NCBI GenBank assembly: GCA_035370245.1
Contig: DAOOVO010000002.1
Span: 1-64,000, forward strand
DNA from: Pseudobacteroides sp.
GTDB taxonomy: Bacteria; Bacillota; Clostridia; Acetivibrionales; DSM-2933
DNA length: 64,000 bases
Direction of reading: 5' to 3'
Shown here: positions 1 to 10,114 of the stretch, piece after piece
How the letters are laid out: the number at the start of each line of letters is the position of its first letter
Position numbering within the stretch: the first letter of the stretch is position 1
Notes under the pieces: model-generated
Seen by the model: only the letters and a program-made list of their open reading frames with translations
What the model was told of the DNA's origin: nothing
Databases searched by the model: none
Translations under genes and position numbers: made by a program

Positions 1-40
1 AAAATTTCTCAAAATTTTTATTATAAACTCTTGACTTTAA

Positions 41-949
41 TTAGCTGGTCTTTTTATTATCCGGTAATATATGAGCAATCTTTCCTGTAAACCGAACATT
101 CCCATCCACAGAACTTCCTGCCATTTCGAAAATTCTCCAATTTTTTTCTTGCATATTTAGCAGATTCTTTTTAGTTACGCCACCAGAAACACTAATTTCT
201 CCCTTATATTCAATAGGATTAATAATCTCAGCTTTAACATTCTTCATCCATAAGGTTTCACTATTTTGCCTATTTATTGAATCAATATCATATGCCAAAA
301 TTTGTCCCATCTGTGAAAAAACAACAAGCCACTCTAAAATAGACATACAATTTGAGAACCCACTTCCAATACCTTCAAAAAGAACATCTTCTTTTTCTCT
401 TGATACAGTGCATGTTATTTCATCATCTTCTATCTTTATTCCAAAAATATTATGTTTCATTTTCTTTAAATGCTCAGAAAAATAATTATAGGCATTTTTT
501 TCTAAATTTTGCTTACAATCAACTGGTTTAACATTAATCTTTTTAAATTTCAGTTTCACAACCATACCTTCGACAGCTACTTCAAAATTTGCCTCATTTA
601 AAACAATTTCTTCTTTTCTGATTGTCAACGGAATATCTCTTAAATCCTCAATAGCACCTGTTCCGGATTTAATTTCAAATGCACACAGAAACATATCATT
701 TAACGATTCGATTTTTCTCTCATTTATCATGTGATTTTCAACATACATAACTGATAATATAATTCCGTCAATAGTACTCAAATGTGGTTTTAAAGAACAT
801 CCCATCTTTTCAGACCAACTATTAGTATGTATAATTTCTGCTTTTCCTGATTCTCCTCCCTGTTTTAGTTTATAATTTGTACGCTTATGACCTGCTCCAA
901 AATATCTTGTTTCAAAATCTCCCAAAATTTCATCAGCAAACATAACCAT
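41..949 (-). CDS. hypothetical protein encoded immediately downstream of the histidine kinase/response regulator pair; no family recognised
   Basis: 302-aa ORF; 94 bp downstream of the response regulator in the same orientation; plausible RBS AAGGAG before the second ATG; no recognisable motifs. Confidence 0.45.
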   Translation of the reverse strand: MVMFADEILGDFETRYFGAGHKRTNYKLKQGGESGKAEIIHTNSWSEKMGCSLKPHLSTIDGIILSVMYVENHMINERKIESLNDMFLCAFEIKSGTGAIEDLRDIPLTIRKEEIVLNEANFEVAVEGMVVKLKFKKINVKPVDCKQNLEKNAYNYFSEHLKKMKHNIFGIKIEDDEITCTVSREKEDVLFEGIGSGFSNCMSILEWLVVFSQMGQILAYDIDSINRQNSETLWMKNVKAEIINPIEYKGEISVSGGVTKKNLLNMQEKNWRIFEMAGSSVDGNVRFTGKIAHILPDNKKTS

Positions 950-1043
950 AATCTCCTTTCTTTCGTAGTCCTATGAAAGAATACAATTTATAAAAGAAAA
1001 AAACATCCGTATTTCACGAATATTTTTTTGCACAAATCCACAT

Positions 1044-1640
1044 TTATAATAATTTTAACTTAATTGCTTCTCGAACAATACCAATTCTACTATTCACTTC
1101 CAATTTTCGGCATATATTAGAAATATGACTCTCAACAGTTCTTCTACTAATATACAATTCTTGAGCAATTCTTTCATTTGTATACTCCTCAACAACATAA
1201 CGCAAAACATTTAGTTCTGCCTCAGTTAACATTGGATTAGCATATTGTTCCATTAAAAAATCAGGAATAACATTATTACCTTTTCCCACATTAATAATAC
1301 AACTTATTAATTCTTCATACGAAACCTCCTTTCTCAAAAAAGCCTTTACTCCCATATCCAATGCTCTTTTATGTAAAATTTCTTCATAAAATCCCGAAAT
1401 TAGAATGATTTTTATTTCTTTATCACGTAAATGCTTAATTTTTTCAATCAGTTCAAAACCATGTATTCCTTTTAGCATTAAGTCCATAACTACAATATCA
1501 ACATCTTTATATTTTAAACATAATAACAAATCATTAACTTCTGTATATGCACCAACAATTTCAAAATCAGCTATTGTTTCCAACTTGGCTTGTAGCCCCT
1601 GCAATACCAATGCATGGTCATCAATCAATGCAATCTTCAT
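1044..1640 (-). CDS. two-component response regulator, NarL/FixJ (LuxR-HTH) family
   Basis: N-terminal receiver domain (IALIDDH...VMDLML..KIILISG) and C-terminal LuxR-type HTH (LTEAELNVLRYVVEEYTNERIAQELYISRRTVESHISNICRKL). Confidence 0.85.
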   Translation of the reverse strand: MKIALIDDHALVLQGLQAKLETIADFEIVGAYTEVNDLLLCLKYKDVDIVVMDLMLKGIHGFELIEKIKHLRDKEIKIILISGFYEEILHKRALDMGVKAFLRKEVSYEELISCIINVGKGNNVIPDFLMEQYANPMLTEAELNVLRYVVEEYTNERIAQELYISRRTVESHISNICRKLEVNSRIGIVREAIKLKLL

Positions 1641-3465
1641 TTTTTACTTCTCCTTTTAAATCGAATGGTATTTTCATTGATATAACTGTTTCCGCTTCAA
1701 CCTCCATTACTATTTCTCCATTTAATAACATCACTTTTTCCTTAATTAATTCCAATCCAAAATGTGGTTCTTTTTTTCCTTTTTGATTCTCAAATTTACC
1801 ATTATCTCTAACTCTGAAAAAACAGTATCCCCCTTCTTCCGTAACTTGTAATTCTATCTCAGTTGCTTTTCCATGTAAAATACTATTATTAATTAACTCT
1901 TTAATAGAACGCAAAATAAAATTACTCTTTCTTAACGAAAATCTAAATTCTTCTATTTGTATATTACATGTTATTATCACAGGATGTTTTTTTTCAATTT
2001 GATTAATTACTGCAAGCAAAGCACTCTTTAAACCCATTTCCTGTATCATTAAGGGATAAATATCCGAACACAATTCACGTAAATAAAAGATAATTTCATC
2101 CAATATACGTAATATTTCTTTTTTGTTAATTTTGTCCATAGCTTCAAGTGTCTTCTTTGAATAAATAACATCTTGTATTACTGTGTCGTGAATATATATT
2201 GAAATATTCTCTCTCTCTTCTTCTACCGCCCCAAACAACTGTAACGAATTCATTTGTTGAGTTTTCCTTTTCATCGCAGTCAAAAATTCATCTATCAAAG
2301 GCATAAAAACCAACCAAAAGAAGAAACAATATATAATCAAAATTTGAATCGGAACATATTTGCGTAAAATAATCAACACCGCTACTACCATTGTTATTAC
2401 AGTTGACAAAATCACATAAAAACCACGCTTCGAAACTTTATATCTGTTAGGCACCAATTTGGAAGTGATAAGCAAATGAAAAACAGCCATAATAGGTAAT
2501 ATTATAAAGGGCACAACAAGTACAAATGGTGCATCCCAACGAATTGGAAATAAATATAACAAAAATAATGGTACAAAACTAATCACACAAATCATTGGTA
2601 TATTAACATTCGATACAAAAATTTCTTCTTTCATAACAGTTCTTCTATTATTAACAAATATAAATAATAATAATAATGCTAAAATACCAAATATTCCCTG
2701 AGCCAAATATTCAGATACTAGATATGGTACATCTCCGAAAATGGTAACTATACATACTATTGTATTAAAAACCCCTATTATCATTTCAAACATATAACTA
2801 TTTCTTTTCTCATATATAATTGATTTCTTATATATTTTCAAAAACAGATCGATAAAAAGTGGAAACATTGATACATACAAAACAGTTATCAATCTAGCTA
2901 TATCTACACCCATACTTGAAGGAACAATGGATATTATTAAAAAAATGGTTATAACAATAAAACAATAAAACAACGTTCCACTAAAGCCCACATTCTTTTT
3001 ATTCACATAATAAAACAAAAATATAAAACCTATAAAGCCGATAATCCAAAACACAACATATTTATTTATCGTTATTTTTTCTTCTTCTAGCTTTACCTCC
3101 TGAACTACATTCTCTTTTATTATAGAAATACTTTCTATATTTTCAACAAGAAGCCACTTTTTCAATAACCTATTATCTTCTGGCGCTTTATTATCTATAG
3201 CAACTATCTTATCGCCTACTGACAAAACAGAATTATATGCACTTCCATCGTATTGAATCCTTTTTATATACCAATTCCCTTCCAATTTCTCTGCTCTAAT
3301 TCCTACATAGTCATTTTCATTTACAATGTTAAAATAATATATAGATAATATCAAAAAAAGCAAAAACAAGAACGCATTTATTATCCAATATTTTTTTCTC
3401 CGTCCTATTATATTCATCACTACACCGCCAATAATTTTTTCAAAATTTAGTCTATAATCAACCAT
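1621..3465 (-). CDS. membrane sensor histidine kinase (HisKA_3/HATPase_c; LiaS/ComP-like with multiple TM helices)
   Basis: N-terminal TM helix plus extracytoplasmic domain, ~8 TM segments, H-box 'IHDTVIQDV', C-terminal ATPase 'GKATEIELQV...VRDNGKF'; overlaps the RR start by 20 nt; true start may be the internal MNIIGRRKKYW. Confidence 0.8.
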   Translation of the reverse strand: MVDYRLNFEKIIGGVVMNIIGRRKKYWIINAFLFLLFLILSIYYFNIVNENDYVGIRAEKLEGNWYIKRIQYDGSAYNSVLSVGDKIVAIDNKAPEDNRLLKKWLLVENIESISIIKENVVQEVKLEEEKITINKYVVFWIIGFIGFIFLFYYVNKKNVGFSGTLFYCFIVITIFLIISIVPSSMGVDIARLITVLYVSMFPLFIDLFLKIYKKSIIYEKRNSYMFEMIIGVFNTIVCIVTIFGDVPYLVSEYLAQGIFGILALLLLFIFVNNRRTVMKEEIFVSNVNIPMICVISFVPLFLLYLFPIRWDAPFVLVVPFIILPIMAVFHLLITSKLVPNRYKVSKRGFYVILSTVITMVVAVLIILRKYVPIQILIIYCFFFWLVFMPLIDEFLTAMKRKTQQMNSLQLFGAVEEERENISIYIHDTVIQDVIYSKKTLEAMDKINKKEILRILDEIIFYLRELCSDIYPLMIQEMGLKSALLAVINQIEKKHPVIITCNIQIEEFRFSLRKSNFILRSIKELINNSILHGKATEIELQVTEEGGYCFFRVRDNGKFENQKGKKEPHFGLELIKEKVMLLNGEIVMEVEAETVISMKIPFDLKGEVKNEDCID

Positions 3466-3626
3466 AAATTATACTGCATAGAATATGTATTATCAAGTAT
3501 TTTTCCTATAGCAAAATTTGTTTAAATTTGTATTAAATTTCGAATTCTTAATTTATATGATAGCACACATCAAAAATCTGGATTTTCCCTCAAATGATAT
3601 GTGCCATCCTACATAATTCTTGCTAA

Positions 3627-4409
3627 TTATAAATTTCTGGACTTTGATTCTATTTTCCTATCCTTGTCTGCATCTCTCTCTTCCCTCTTCATCTGCGCTA
3701 CCACCGATTCCAATCTCATAAATTCATCCAGCATATCATCACTATACCGATAAACAACACCGATGGAATCAAGCTTACTTATAAATCTCTGAATAGCCTC
3801 CTGCACGCTGCATTCTGCAATTCCAAGCCATTCAATCTTTTCTTTATCCGTAAGTAATTCGTAGCGTTCCTTCGTCATATCAGATACGACGTAATTCTGT
3901 AAATCCACATATGCTTCTTCCGTAGCTTCATAGAATTCGTTTACTGGCTCATAGGACGATTCGACTACCTCTGGCTCATTGATATCATCATAAAATTCTT
4001 CTTGTAGCGTCACATCCGTTTCTTCCTTGAAAACTTCAACTACAACCGGCTCTGACACTACAACATCCACTTCAGGCAAATCATCATTAATCCCCCGCAA
4101 ATCCGCCTTAGAAATTTCCGCTTCGACACATGACTCTGTATGCTCATCTGTCTCTGCTGTTCTATACTCTTCAACCTCATCATAACCCTCGCTCTCCACA
4201 TACGAAATATCACTTCCTTCAAACTCCGGCACATCCACCATATAAAGATTTTCCACATCCACATCAAGCGGTATTTCCATATGTGAAAAAGTACTCTCAC
4301 TGATACAGCGGTTAATGGTTGCACATTCCCTTTTTGCTTCCTTTCGCCTCTCCTTAAGCTCCGCCAACTGTTCCCTATAATGAGCTTCGTGATACAGATA
4401 AACAGTCAC
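3627..4409 (-). CDS. acidic (D/E-rich) hypothetical protein, co-transcribed with relaxase
   Basis: 260-aa ORF overlapping the relaxase stop by 4 nt; elevated GC; strongly acidic composition. Confidence 0.45.
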   Translation of the reverse strand: MTVYLYHEAHYREQLAELKERRKEAKRECATINRCISESTFSHMEIPLDVDVENLYMVDVPEFEGSDISYVESEGYDEVEEYRTAETDEHTESCVEAEISKADLRGINDDLPEVDVVVSEPVVVEVFKEETDVTLQEEFYDDINEPEVVESSYEPVNEFYEATEEAYVDLQNYVVSDMTKERYELLTDKEKIEWLGIAECSVQEAIQRFISKLDSIGVVYRYSDDMLDEFMRLESVVAQMKREERDADKDRKIESKSRNL

Positions 4410-5521
4410 ATCTCCATCCTTTTCATACTGATACTTGTAGCGGGCATGCTCCTTATAAAGCTCCTTCTTTTTGCATCTATATTAGCAATCCTCTGTTCCG
4501 CCGTCTGCTTTGCCCGGAATACATCCTCCCAACCGTTTATACCCTCACGGTTTAGAAAAAGATACTCCTCCTGCAACTCCTTCATACGGATAAGGTCCTG
4601 CTGATACCTTGTGTACTTGTATTGAAATCGGCATTTCTGCACCACACACATACGATACAGCTTTCCATAATACCGCTGTTGAAAAGCATTAGCCGGTTTC
4701 TTATGCAAAACATAGCCCGGATGATATACTGGCGGCTCCACATACTTATAAGTCTGCTCCTGTTCATAATAAATCTGCAAATTCTGCACTGAAAATTCTT
4801 CATCCAGCGTATCAAGTCTCCTGCTGCGCCTCATCCCTTCGGCTTTTACAGAAATATGGACACCGACTTTAACCTTATAGCCAAGCTTTTCCATAAGAAA
4901 AACAAATTCATCAAAGCTTTCCGCCTTATTTCTGCAATACTGCATATCCCCAGTGATAAAATCGCCCCAGCTCTGCTCCTTTTCCCACTGCTTGCGGTTC
5001 ATATTCACAGGGTCTTTGCTGTATTCTGCCGCAACAATGGACAAACCATATTCCTCACACAGTCTGTTGGTTATGGGTTGTATCACATTCTTCCAGTCAC
5101 CTCTTTTATAGCTGTATTTCCTACCGGTAACCATATTTACACTGTTATATACAAGATGCCCGTGAAGGTGATCCTTATCTGTGTGAACACTGAATACACC
5201 CTCATATTCACCACCCAAAAACTCCTCTGCAAATCGTCTGGTAATCTCATACATCTGCTCCTTGGTTCCTTCTCCCGGCTTTAGGGATATGATAAAATGA
5301 TACCCCTGCCTTCCTCCGGTCTGCCCAAACATTTCCTTTGTGCCTATCATCTGCTCATATGCAAAATCCGGCAGGCAGTTAATACCGCCTACCAGACTTC
5401 CCTTTTCCGTCTTTGCCTCATTACAGATATAAGCTAAGGAATGCTTCAGATGTGCAGCTACATTCCCGTGCTCTGCTGATTTCATACACATAATCTTTGT
5501 TATCGCCATAATCATCGCCAC
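4406..5521 (-). CDS. MOB-family relaxase / mobilisation nuclease (MobA/VirD2-like)
   Basis: N-terminal relaxase domain with histidine triad 'HTDKDHLHGHLVYN' and N-terminal 'MAITKI...' typical of the Relaxase/Mob_Pre family; preceded by MobC. Confidence 0.75.
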   Translation of the reverse strand: MAMIMAITKIMCMKSAEHGNVAAHLKHSLAYICNEAKTEKGSLVGGINCLPDFAYEQMIGTKEMFGQTGGRQGYHFIISLKPGEGTKEQMYEITRRFAEEFLGGEYEGVFSVHTDKDHLHGHLVYNSVNMVTGRKYSYKRGDWKNVIQPITNRLCEEYGLSIVAAEYSKDPVNMNRKQWEKEQSWGDFITGDMQYCRNKAESFDEFVFLMEKLGYKVKVGVHISVKAEGMRRSRRLDTLDEEFSVQNLQIYYEQEQTYKYVEPPVYHPGYVLHKKPANAFQQRYYGKLYRMCVVQKCRFQYKYTRYQQDLIRMKELQEEYLFLNREGINGWEDVFRAKQTAEQRIANIDAKRRSFIRSMPATSISMKRMEM

Positions 5522-5868
5522 CTTTCCACTAACTGTTTCAACAGCTTAAGCACCTCTTCCAGTGCCCGTGTCATCTTAAGCACATCCACATTTCCAAACC
5601 ACTTTGACTCATTACAATGCTTTGCCATCTGATTAATGTTTGTGGCAATTCCGCTAATCTGACGAATAAGGTTTCTTCTGTCCTCTGCGTGGGTTGCATC
5701 CACCCCACCGTGAACAATTAGCTCACGCAGATACCTACTCTCATTCATTCCGGCAGCCTTGGCATCCTCCGACAGCTTGCGAAGCTCATATTCCGACAGT
5801 CGGAAAGTCCGGTTCTGCCTTGCCATACTCTTTTTTGTTATCTGTTTCTCCATATAAAAATCCTCCAA
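5512..5868 (-). CDS. MobC-like relaxosome accessory protein
   Basis: 118-aa ORF with RHH-like N-terminus 'RTFRLSEYELRKLSEDAKAAGMNESRYLRELI', overlapping the relaxase start. Confidence 0.65.
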   Translation of the reverse strand: MEDFYMEKQITKKSMARQNRTFRLSEYELRKLSEDAKAAGMNESRYLRELIVHGGVDATHAEDRRNLIRQISGIATNINQMAKHCNESKWFGNVDVLKMTRALEEVLKLLKQLVERWR

Positions 5869-5991
5869 TCATTCCAATCATTGCTACACTCCTTCTGCTC
5901 ACAGAAATCTCCTTTAACGCAGTGAACAGAATTTCTTTCAGATAAAAACTGCTGCAAGATACGGAAATCGCAATGCGTTTCCAATCTTGTT

Positions 5992-6005
5992 AGGGGACAA
6001 CCCCT
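5992..6005. other. candidate oriT-associated inverted repeat (AGGGG-ACAA-CCCCT)
   Basis: perfect 5-bp IR ~125 bp upstream of mobC in the non-coding gap between mobC and the par genes; position typical of oriT. Confidence 0.25.
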
Positions 6006-6275
6006 AAAACCCCGATATAAGTAGCTATTTATTACAGAAATTCATCCTTACAGATGTATTTCTGTAAAACAAAAGGCAGGACTACCAGTGAAAATGTAAT
6101 ACACTTTCTGCCAATATCCCGCCTCTTGTTATACAAACCGTTATACGGATAAAAGGGCAATAAAAAAACTGTCAAACACATCCGGCTCATCTGAACCATT
6201 TTGTTTCACAGTTTTTACTTATTTTTGCTATTCTGTTTTACGGTTTGTTTGACAAAACTTGTCGCCTGCCACTTC

Positions 6276-6794
6276 CTAATCTTCCTCATCATCTCCAAAC
6301 AGAGCAGACAAAGAAGCCAATGCCCCATCATCCAGCGGCTTATCAGACAGCTCCAGATTATTTTCCGGTGATTCCTCCACAACTTCTTTCACCAGTTCTG
6401 TTGGCTCTGCTGGTGTCTTAGACTGCACAGGCATCATATTCATCCCTTGCATCTGCATCATGGCAGGAACAGCCACATATCCACCTGCCTGCTGTCCCAT
6501 TGCACTGATAATGGTTGCCAAAATCCTTGTAACTGCATCCTGCATGATTTGCTCATTGTCCGCCTTACTCTGCTTGGCAAAATCCCTGACAAACTCCTGC
6601 ATAAGCTCCATGGTACTCATCTCCTCCCGAAATCGGATTTCTCCACGGGCAAAACACAGAATCGCCCACTTTACAGCCTCCGTCAGAGAATCATAATACT
6701 CACCCTCATAGACCACTTGATCCAGCCACTCCATGATTTCCTTATCCTCCCGGTTCTTATCATTCAACCGGAATGCAATCGTTCTTGTTGCCAT
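6276..6794 (-). CDS. hypothetical protein downstream of ParM-like gene (possible ParR-like adaptor); Met-rich C-terminus
   Basis: 172-aa ORF 4 bp after the actin-like ATPase gene; no family recognised. Confidence 0.4.
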   Translation of the reverse strand: MATRTIAFRLNDKNREDKEIMEWLDQVVYEGEYYDSLTEAVKWAILCFARGEIRFREEMSTMELMQEFVRDFAKQSKADNEQIMQDAVTRILATIISAMGQQAGGYVAVPAMMQMQGMNMMPVQSKTPAEPTELVKEVVEESPENNLELSDKPLDDGALASLSALFGDDEED

Positions 6795-6797
6795 AGA

Positions 6798-7772
6798 CTA
6801 CACCTCCAGATTCTGTGCTAAGTACTGATAACCGAGAGCATTGGCACGGACATCTGTGACATATCGCACATTTTCCCCGGTACAACTGCCAAAACGCCTC
6901 ATAACTCCGGCTCCTCCACCAACATACACTACATTGGTAAAATCAAAGTCTATTTTCAATTCACGAAGCTTTGCTTCCACTTCAAGGGCATATCTTTTCA
7001 GCCCTGCATTGATGGTATCCATAATGGATTCCTTATTCTTGGCAATGGCTTTGGTATCTCCCGTTTCAATCACTTCATTGATGATATACTCTGGCACTTC
7101 CTTACCATACTTTGCTATGCACTCCTTCTGAATACGGTCAATGGCTGTAATCAGTCCCTGCTGATAAGTATGGCACTCGTCAAGGACGGGAACCTTATTC
7201 ACCACCGACATAATATCCAGTGTCCACGAACCACAATCCACCGCTGTCAGTCTGTCCATGCCTTCCATTCGGTTGGCAATCGCCGCATGGCACTGTGCAA
7301 ATACCCTTACCTTGCCAAAATGCACCACATATCTGACCCCTTCATAGTGAAAAGACACTTTGTCATTGGCACGAAGATAATTCTTAAATTCCTTCTTCTC
7401 TTTTCCATAAAGGGTAAGCGGAACACCCACCGCAAGATTTACCTTTACAGTTTTCGCTCCCGTGCGTCCTTTTAACTCCTTTGCAATGGCAGCCAGTGTC
7501 AGAAGATAATAATTTTCATTCTCTGTCTTGGTCTCCTGCTTACCCATTCTGCCCTGACCGATAACAAATTTTCTGCCTCTAAATTCAAGCAGGTTATCCT
7601 TGGTGGCTGGCATTGTCTGCAACTCCGTAATTCCATTCTCGAAAATGATATTTGGCGTTTTAATGGAACTCCAGCCGTGGTCAATGGCAATCAAAAACTC
7701 AGGAAGTACATCCATATAATTTCTGCCTTCTGCATTATTCAAGTTACTTTCTTTTCTCATAATCTCTGTCAT
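6798..7772 (-). CDS. actin-like ATPase of the ParM/StbA plasmid-segregation family
   Basis: phosphate-1 'IAIDHGWSSIKT', phosphate-2 'VDCGSWTLD', adenosine motif 'VYVGGGAG'; start placed at MTEIMRK (RBS AAGAGG), longer ORF extends to 7862. Confidence 0.7.
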   Translation of the reverse strand: MTEIMRKESNLNNAEGRNYMDVLPEFLIAIDHGWSSIKTPNIIFENGITELQTMPATKDNLLEFRGRKFVIGQGRMGKQETKTENENYYLLTLAAIAKELKGRTGAKTVKVNLAVGVPLTLYGKEKKEFKNYLRANDKVSFHYEGVRYVVHFGKVRVFAQCHAAIANRMEGMDRLTAVDCGSWTLDIMSVVNKVPVLDECHTYQQGLITAIDRIQKECIAKYGKEVPEYIINEVIETGDTKAIAKNKESIMDTINAGLKRYALEVEAKLRELKIDFDFTNVVYVGGGAGVMRRFGSCTGENVRYVTDVRANALGYQYLAQNLEV

Positions 7773-7874
7773 AAATACCTCTTTCTCCGGCAATCCGGGT
7801 GCCGGTCCCTTACATAATCTTTTCCTACTGTAAAAGGTGGCAGCCAAGCCACCACCTTCCATAAAAACAATTCA

Positions 7875-8255
7875 CTAATGATACTGATACACAATATCCA
7901 TAAGTACCGTTTCTTCCGCCACGGTCTTTGCCTGCTCCCTTAACTTCCACATCTCCATGGTGGAACCGGGATGCTCCGGCGGATGCTTTCTCATATGCTG
8001 ACTAATCATTACATCCAACATTTCATAAGCTTCCTCATTGACCTTATGCGCCGTCCGATTAGCACAGCCAAGTCTGGTAAGCGTCCGAAATCTTCCTTTG
8101 TGATTTTCCTTCATATAGGATAACCACAGCAGTCCGTACTTTCCCACTGCCGACAACTTCATGTCAGCAGGGATAGTCAGTAACGGATACAACATACCGT
8201 CCTTTTCCACATAGGGAATATCTATTTTCCCCAAGCTTGTCGCCTCCTCTCTCAA
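7875..8255 (-). CDS. hypothetical protein (mobile-element associated)
   Basis: 126-aa ORF in the higher-GC block, 13 bp upstream of the parM-like gene. Confidence 0.4.
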   Translation of the reverse strand: MREEATSLGKIDIPYVEKDGMLYPLLTIPADMKLSAVGKYGLLWLSYMKENHKGRFRTLTRLGCANRTAHKVNEEAYEMLDVMISQHMRKHPPEHPGSTMEMWKLREQAKTVAEETVLMDIVYQYH

Positions 8256-8264
8256 ATATTCTGC

Positions 8265-9155
8265 CTAACGATAGCAACGGAACTCATAGAACACTACACT
8301 GTTACCTTGATAAATTCCGGCACACTCAATGTAAAAAAAAGGTTCTACTTCCAGCACCATCATTCCAGCTATGTAATCTGCAATCTCTTCCTCACTGCAA
8401 AGCCTTTCCCCACTAATGGTGGAAGCAAGGTTTAGATTTGTTTCCACAAATACGGAATAGTAACCACAACCATCATAGGGATAATACTCGTTGTATTCTT
8501 CCTGCGTAATCTTCCCTTCTGCAAGCAACCTGTCCAGATTTTCGGGAAGTGTTATCATTCCTGCGGCTTTGCACTTCTCTACCGCAAGCCTAGCCACACG
8601 GTCTGCATCATATCCAACATACTCTGCCTCCGATATGTTGAAGGTAATCTCCAAAACCAGACTTCCGTCAGCAGGATTGCCTCTGTCATCTGTGGCAGGT
8701 GGGGTACCCTCTTCCGTAGCAGGGGCTTCTGTGGATGGTGCTGTCTGCTCCGGCGTGGTTGGTTGTGTTTCTGCCGGTGGTGTCGTAGGTTGAGTGGTAA
8801 CAGTTTCCGGTTCACTCGGAGCCTCTGTGGTTGATGACTCAACATCCACTTCCTTTGTATCATCATCTGTCGGTCCATTTGAAGTTGAAACTTCCACAAT
8901 AGAACCCTCTCCACTCTGCTCCTCAATCTCAGATGTTTCGACCTGCTCTGCCTCCACAGATGCATCAGAATTTCCTATTACATTAAACTCAGCTTCCAAA
9001 CTTACATCTGCTTCCAAATCCTCTATCTCATCCATTTCAGAACTCTCTACTTCTGAAACAACATTGCACACCACATCTTCTTTCTGTTTACCGGAACATC
9101 CCGAAACCATCAAAACACTCCACAACACCAACATAAACCATATTTTCTTTAACAT
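8265..9155 (-). CDS. lipoprotein with Thr/Pro/Glu-rich low-complexity linker
   Basis: signal peptide with lipobox 'LMVSGC'; long T/P/E-rich region; structured C-terminal domain. Confidence 0.6.
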   Translation of the reverse strand: MLKKIWFMLVLWSVLMVSGCSGKQKEDVVCNVVSEVESSEMDEIEDLEADVSLEAEFNVIGNSDASVEAEQVETSEIEEQSGEGSIVEVSTSNGPTDDDTKEVDVESSTTEAPSEPETVTTQPTTPPAETQPTTPEQTAPSTEAPATEEGTPPATDDRGNPADGSLVLEITFNISEAEYVGYDADRVARLAVEKCKAAGMITLPENLDRLLAEGKITQEEYNEYYPYDGCGYYSVFVETNLNLASTISGERLCSEEEIADYIAGMMVLEVEPFFYIECAGIYQGNSVVFYEFRCYR

Positions 9156-9636
9156 AGAAATCGCTCCCTTCTGATACTACTGTGGTACTGCCGCTTTTAC
9201 AAAAATCAGAAAGACCCTTGCCACCAGTACAAATAACAACAAAAACAACTTTGTTCCATAAAGAACTGCCTTTAAAATAAAAAGCACACTCTTCAAAAGA
9301 AACTTCACTACTGCAATTAAAATGCTTCCTAATCCCATACAGGACCTCCTTTCCGGGCATTTCCCCTACAAGTGACCAAACTTAAGGAAATGCCATCACT
9401 ACTTGCTCCAATGCAGCCACGCATCGAAAGGATAAAAAAATTCACCATCCCAAACCTGCTTCTTACCGAAGCCTAAGCTTAAGATGGTGTAGTCCATACC
9501 CATTCTTGGTTTCATATTCAGTTTTGCTGGTGCCTTTCTCCACCAATTTTACCGTAACTGATTAAAAAGATATATTTGGACTAACCTCTGAAACGCCCTA
9601 TTTATAAGGCTTTCTTAAGCTTGTCACTATTATATC

Positions 9637-9765
9637 TCAATCCCCAGTTTCCCAACGTGATACAGTTCTTCCGGAAACATTTAACTGTTCTGCTAATTGT
9701 TCCTGTGTAAGATTCTTTTCTTTTCGAAGCTCTTTAAGAAAGCTTCCGACTTTCTGCTGGTCCAT
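9637..9765 (-). CDS. XRE-family HTH protein, truncated (42 aa)
   Basis: 'LTQEQLAEQLNVSGRTVSRWETGD' HTH preceded by RBS GGAGGA; ends right after helix 3, so likely a truncated remnant. Confidence 0.45.
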   Translation of the reverse strand: MDQQKVGSFLKELRKEKNLTQEQLAEQLNVSGRTVSRWETGD

Positions 9766-10114
9766 TTGATTCCTCCTTTCATCAATAGATTAGTTTATTT
9801 CGTCCATAACAAACACGACACAAAGCGAGAAAATGTGTTTTTTTATATAGACACCTTTGTCTAATCCCTTATTATACACAATTATACACTAAAGTTTTAA
9901 AAATAATGAACATATTTTACACTACATGCTAACAGGAATGATAGTCTAATGCTATAACATGAGATACATATATAATAATAAATAATTACTACCCTTAATA
10001 TATTATTATTGATATAATTAAGATAGCATAGATTGATAAAATCATTCATTTATCAACTCCTATTTATACATAATTCATCACAACTCTTAACACGAAGGGA
10101 GGAAAACACTTGAT

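Larger units (their letters stand above)
3627..9770. mobile_element. remnant of a mobilizable plasmid-like element (mobC-relaxase, parM-like, lipoprotein, XRE); no recombinase present
   Basis: gene content plus visibly higher G+C than flanking AT-rich DNA; boundaries approximate. Confidence 0.5.

Noticed and set aside
4058-4815. Multiple 60-140-aa ORFs on the opposite strand of the relaxase/acidic-protein genes (e.g. 4058-4324, 4582-4815, 4856-5284)
   Set aside because: Antisense shadows of the higher-GC mob genes; Arg/Cys/Trp-rich junk composition, no RBS.
8491-9174. ORFs overlapping the lipoprotein gene on both strands (8491-8793, 8579-8965, 8794-9174) and 9088-9360
   Set aside because: Generated by the low-complexity T/P/E-rich coding repeat; no independent start signals.
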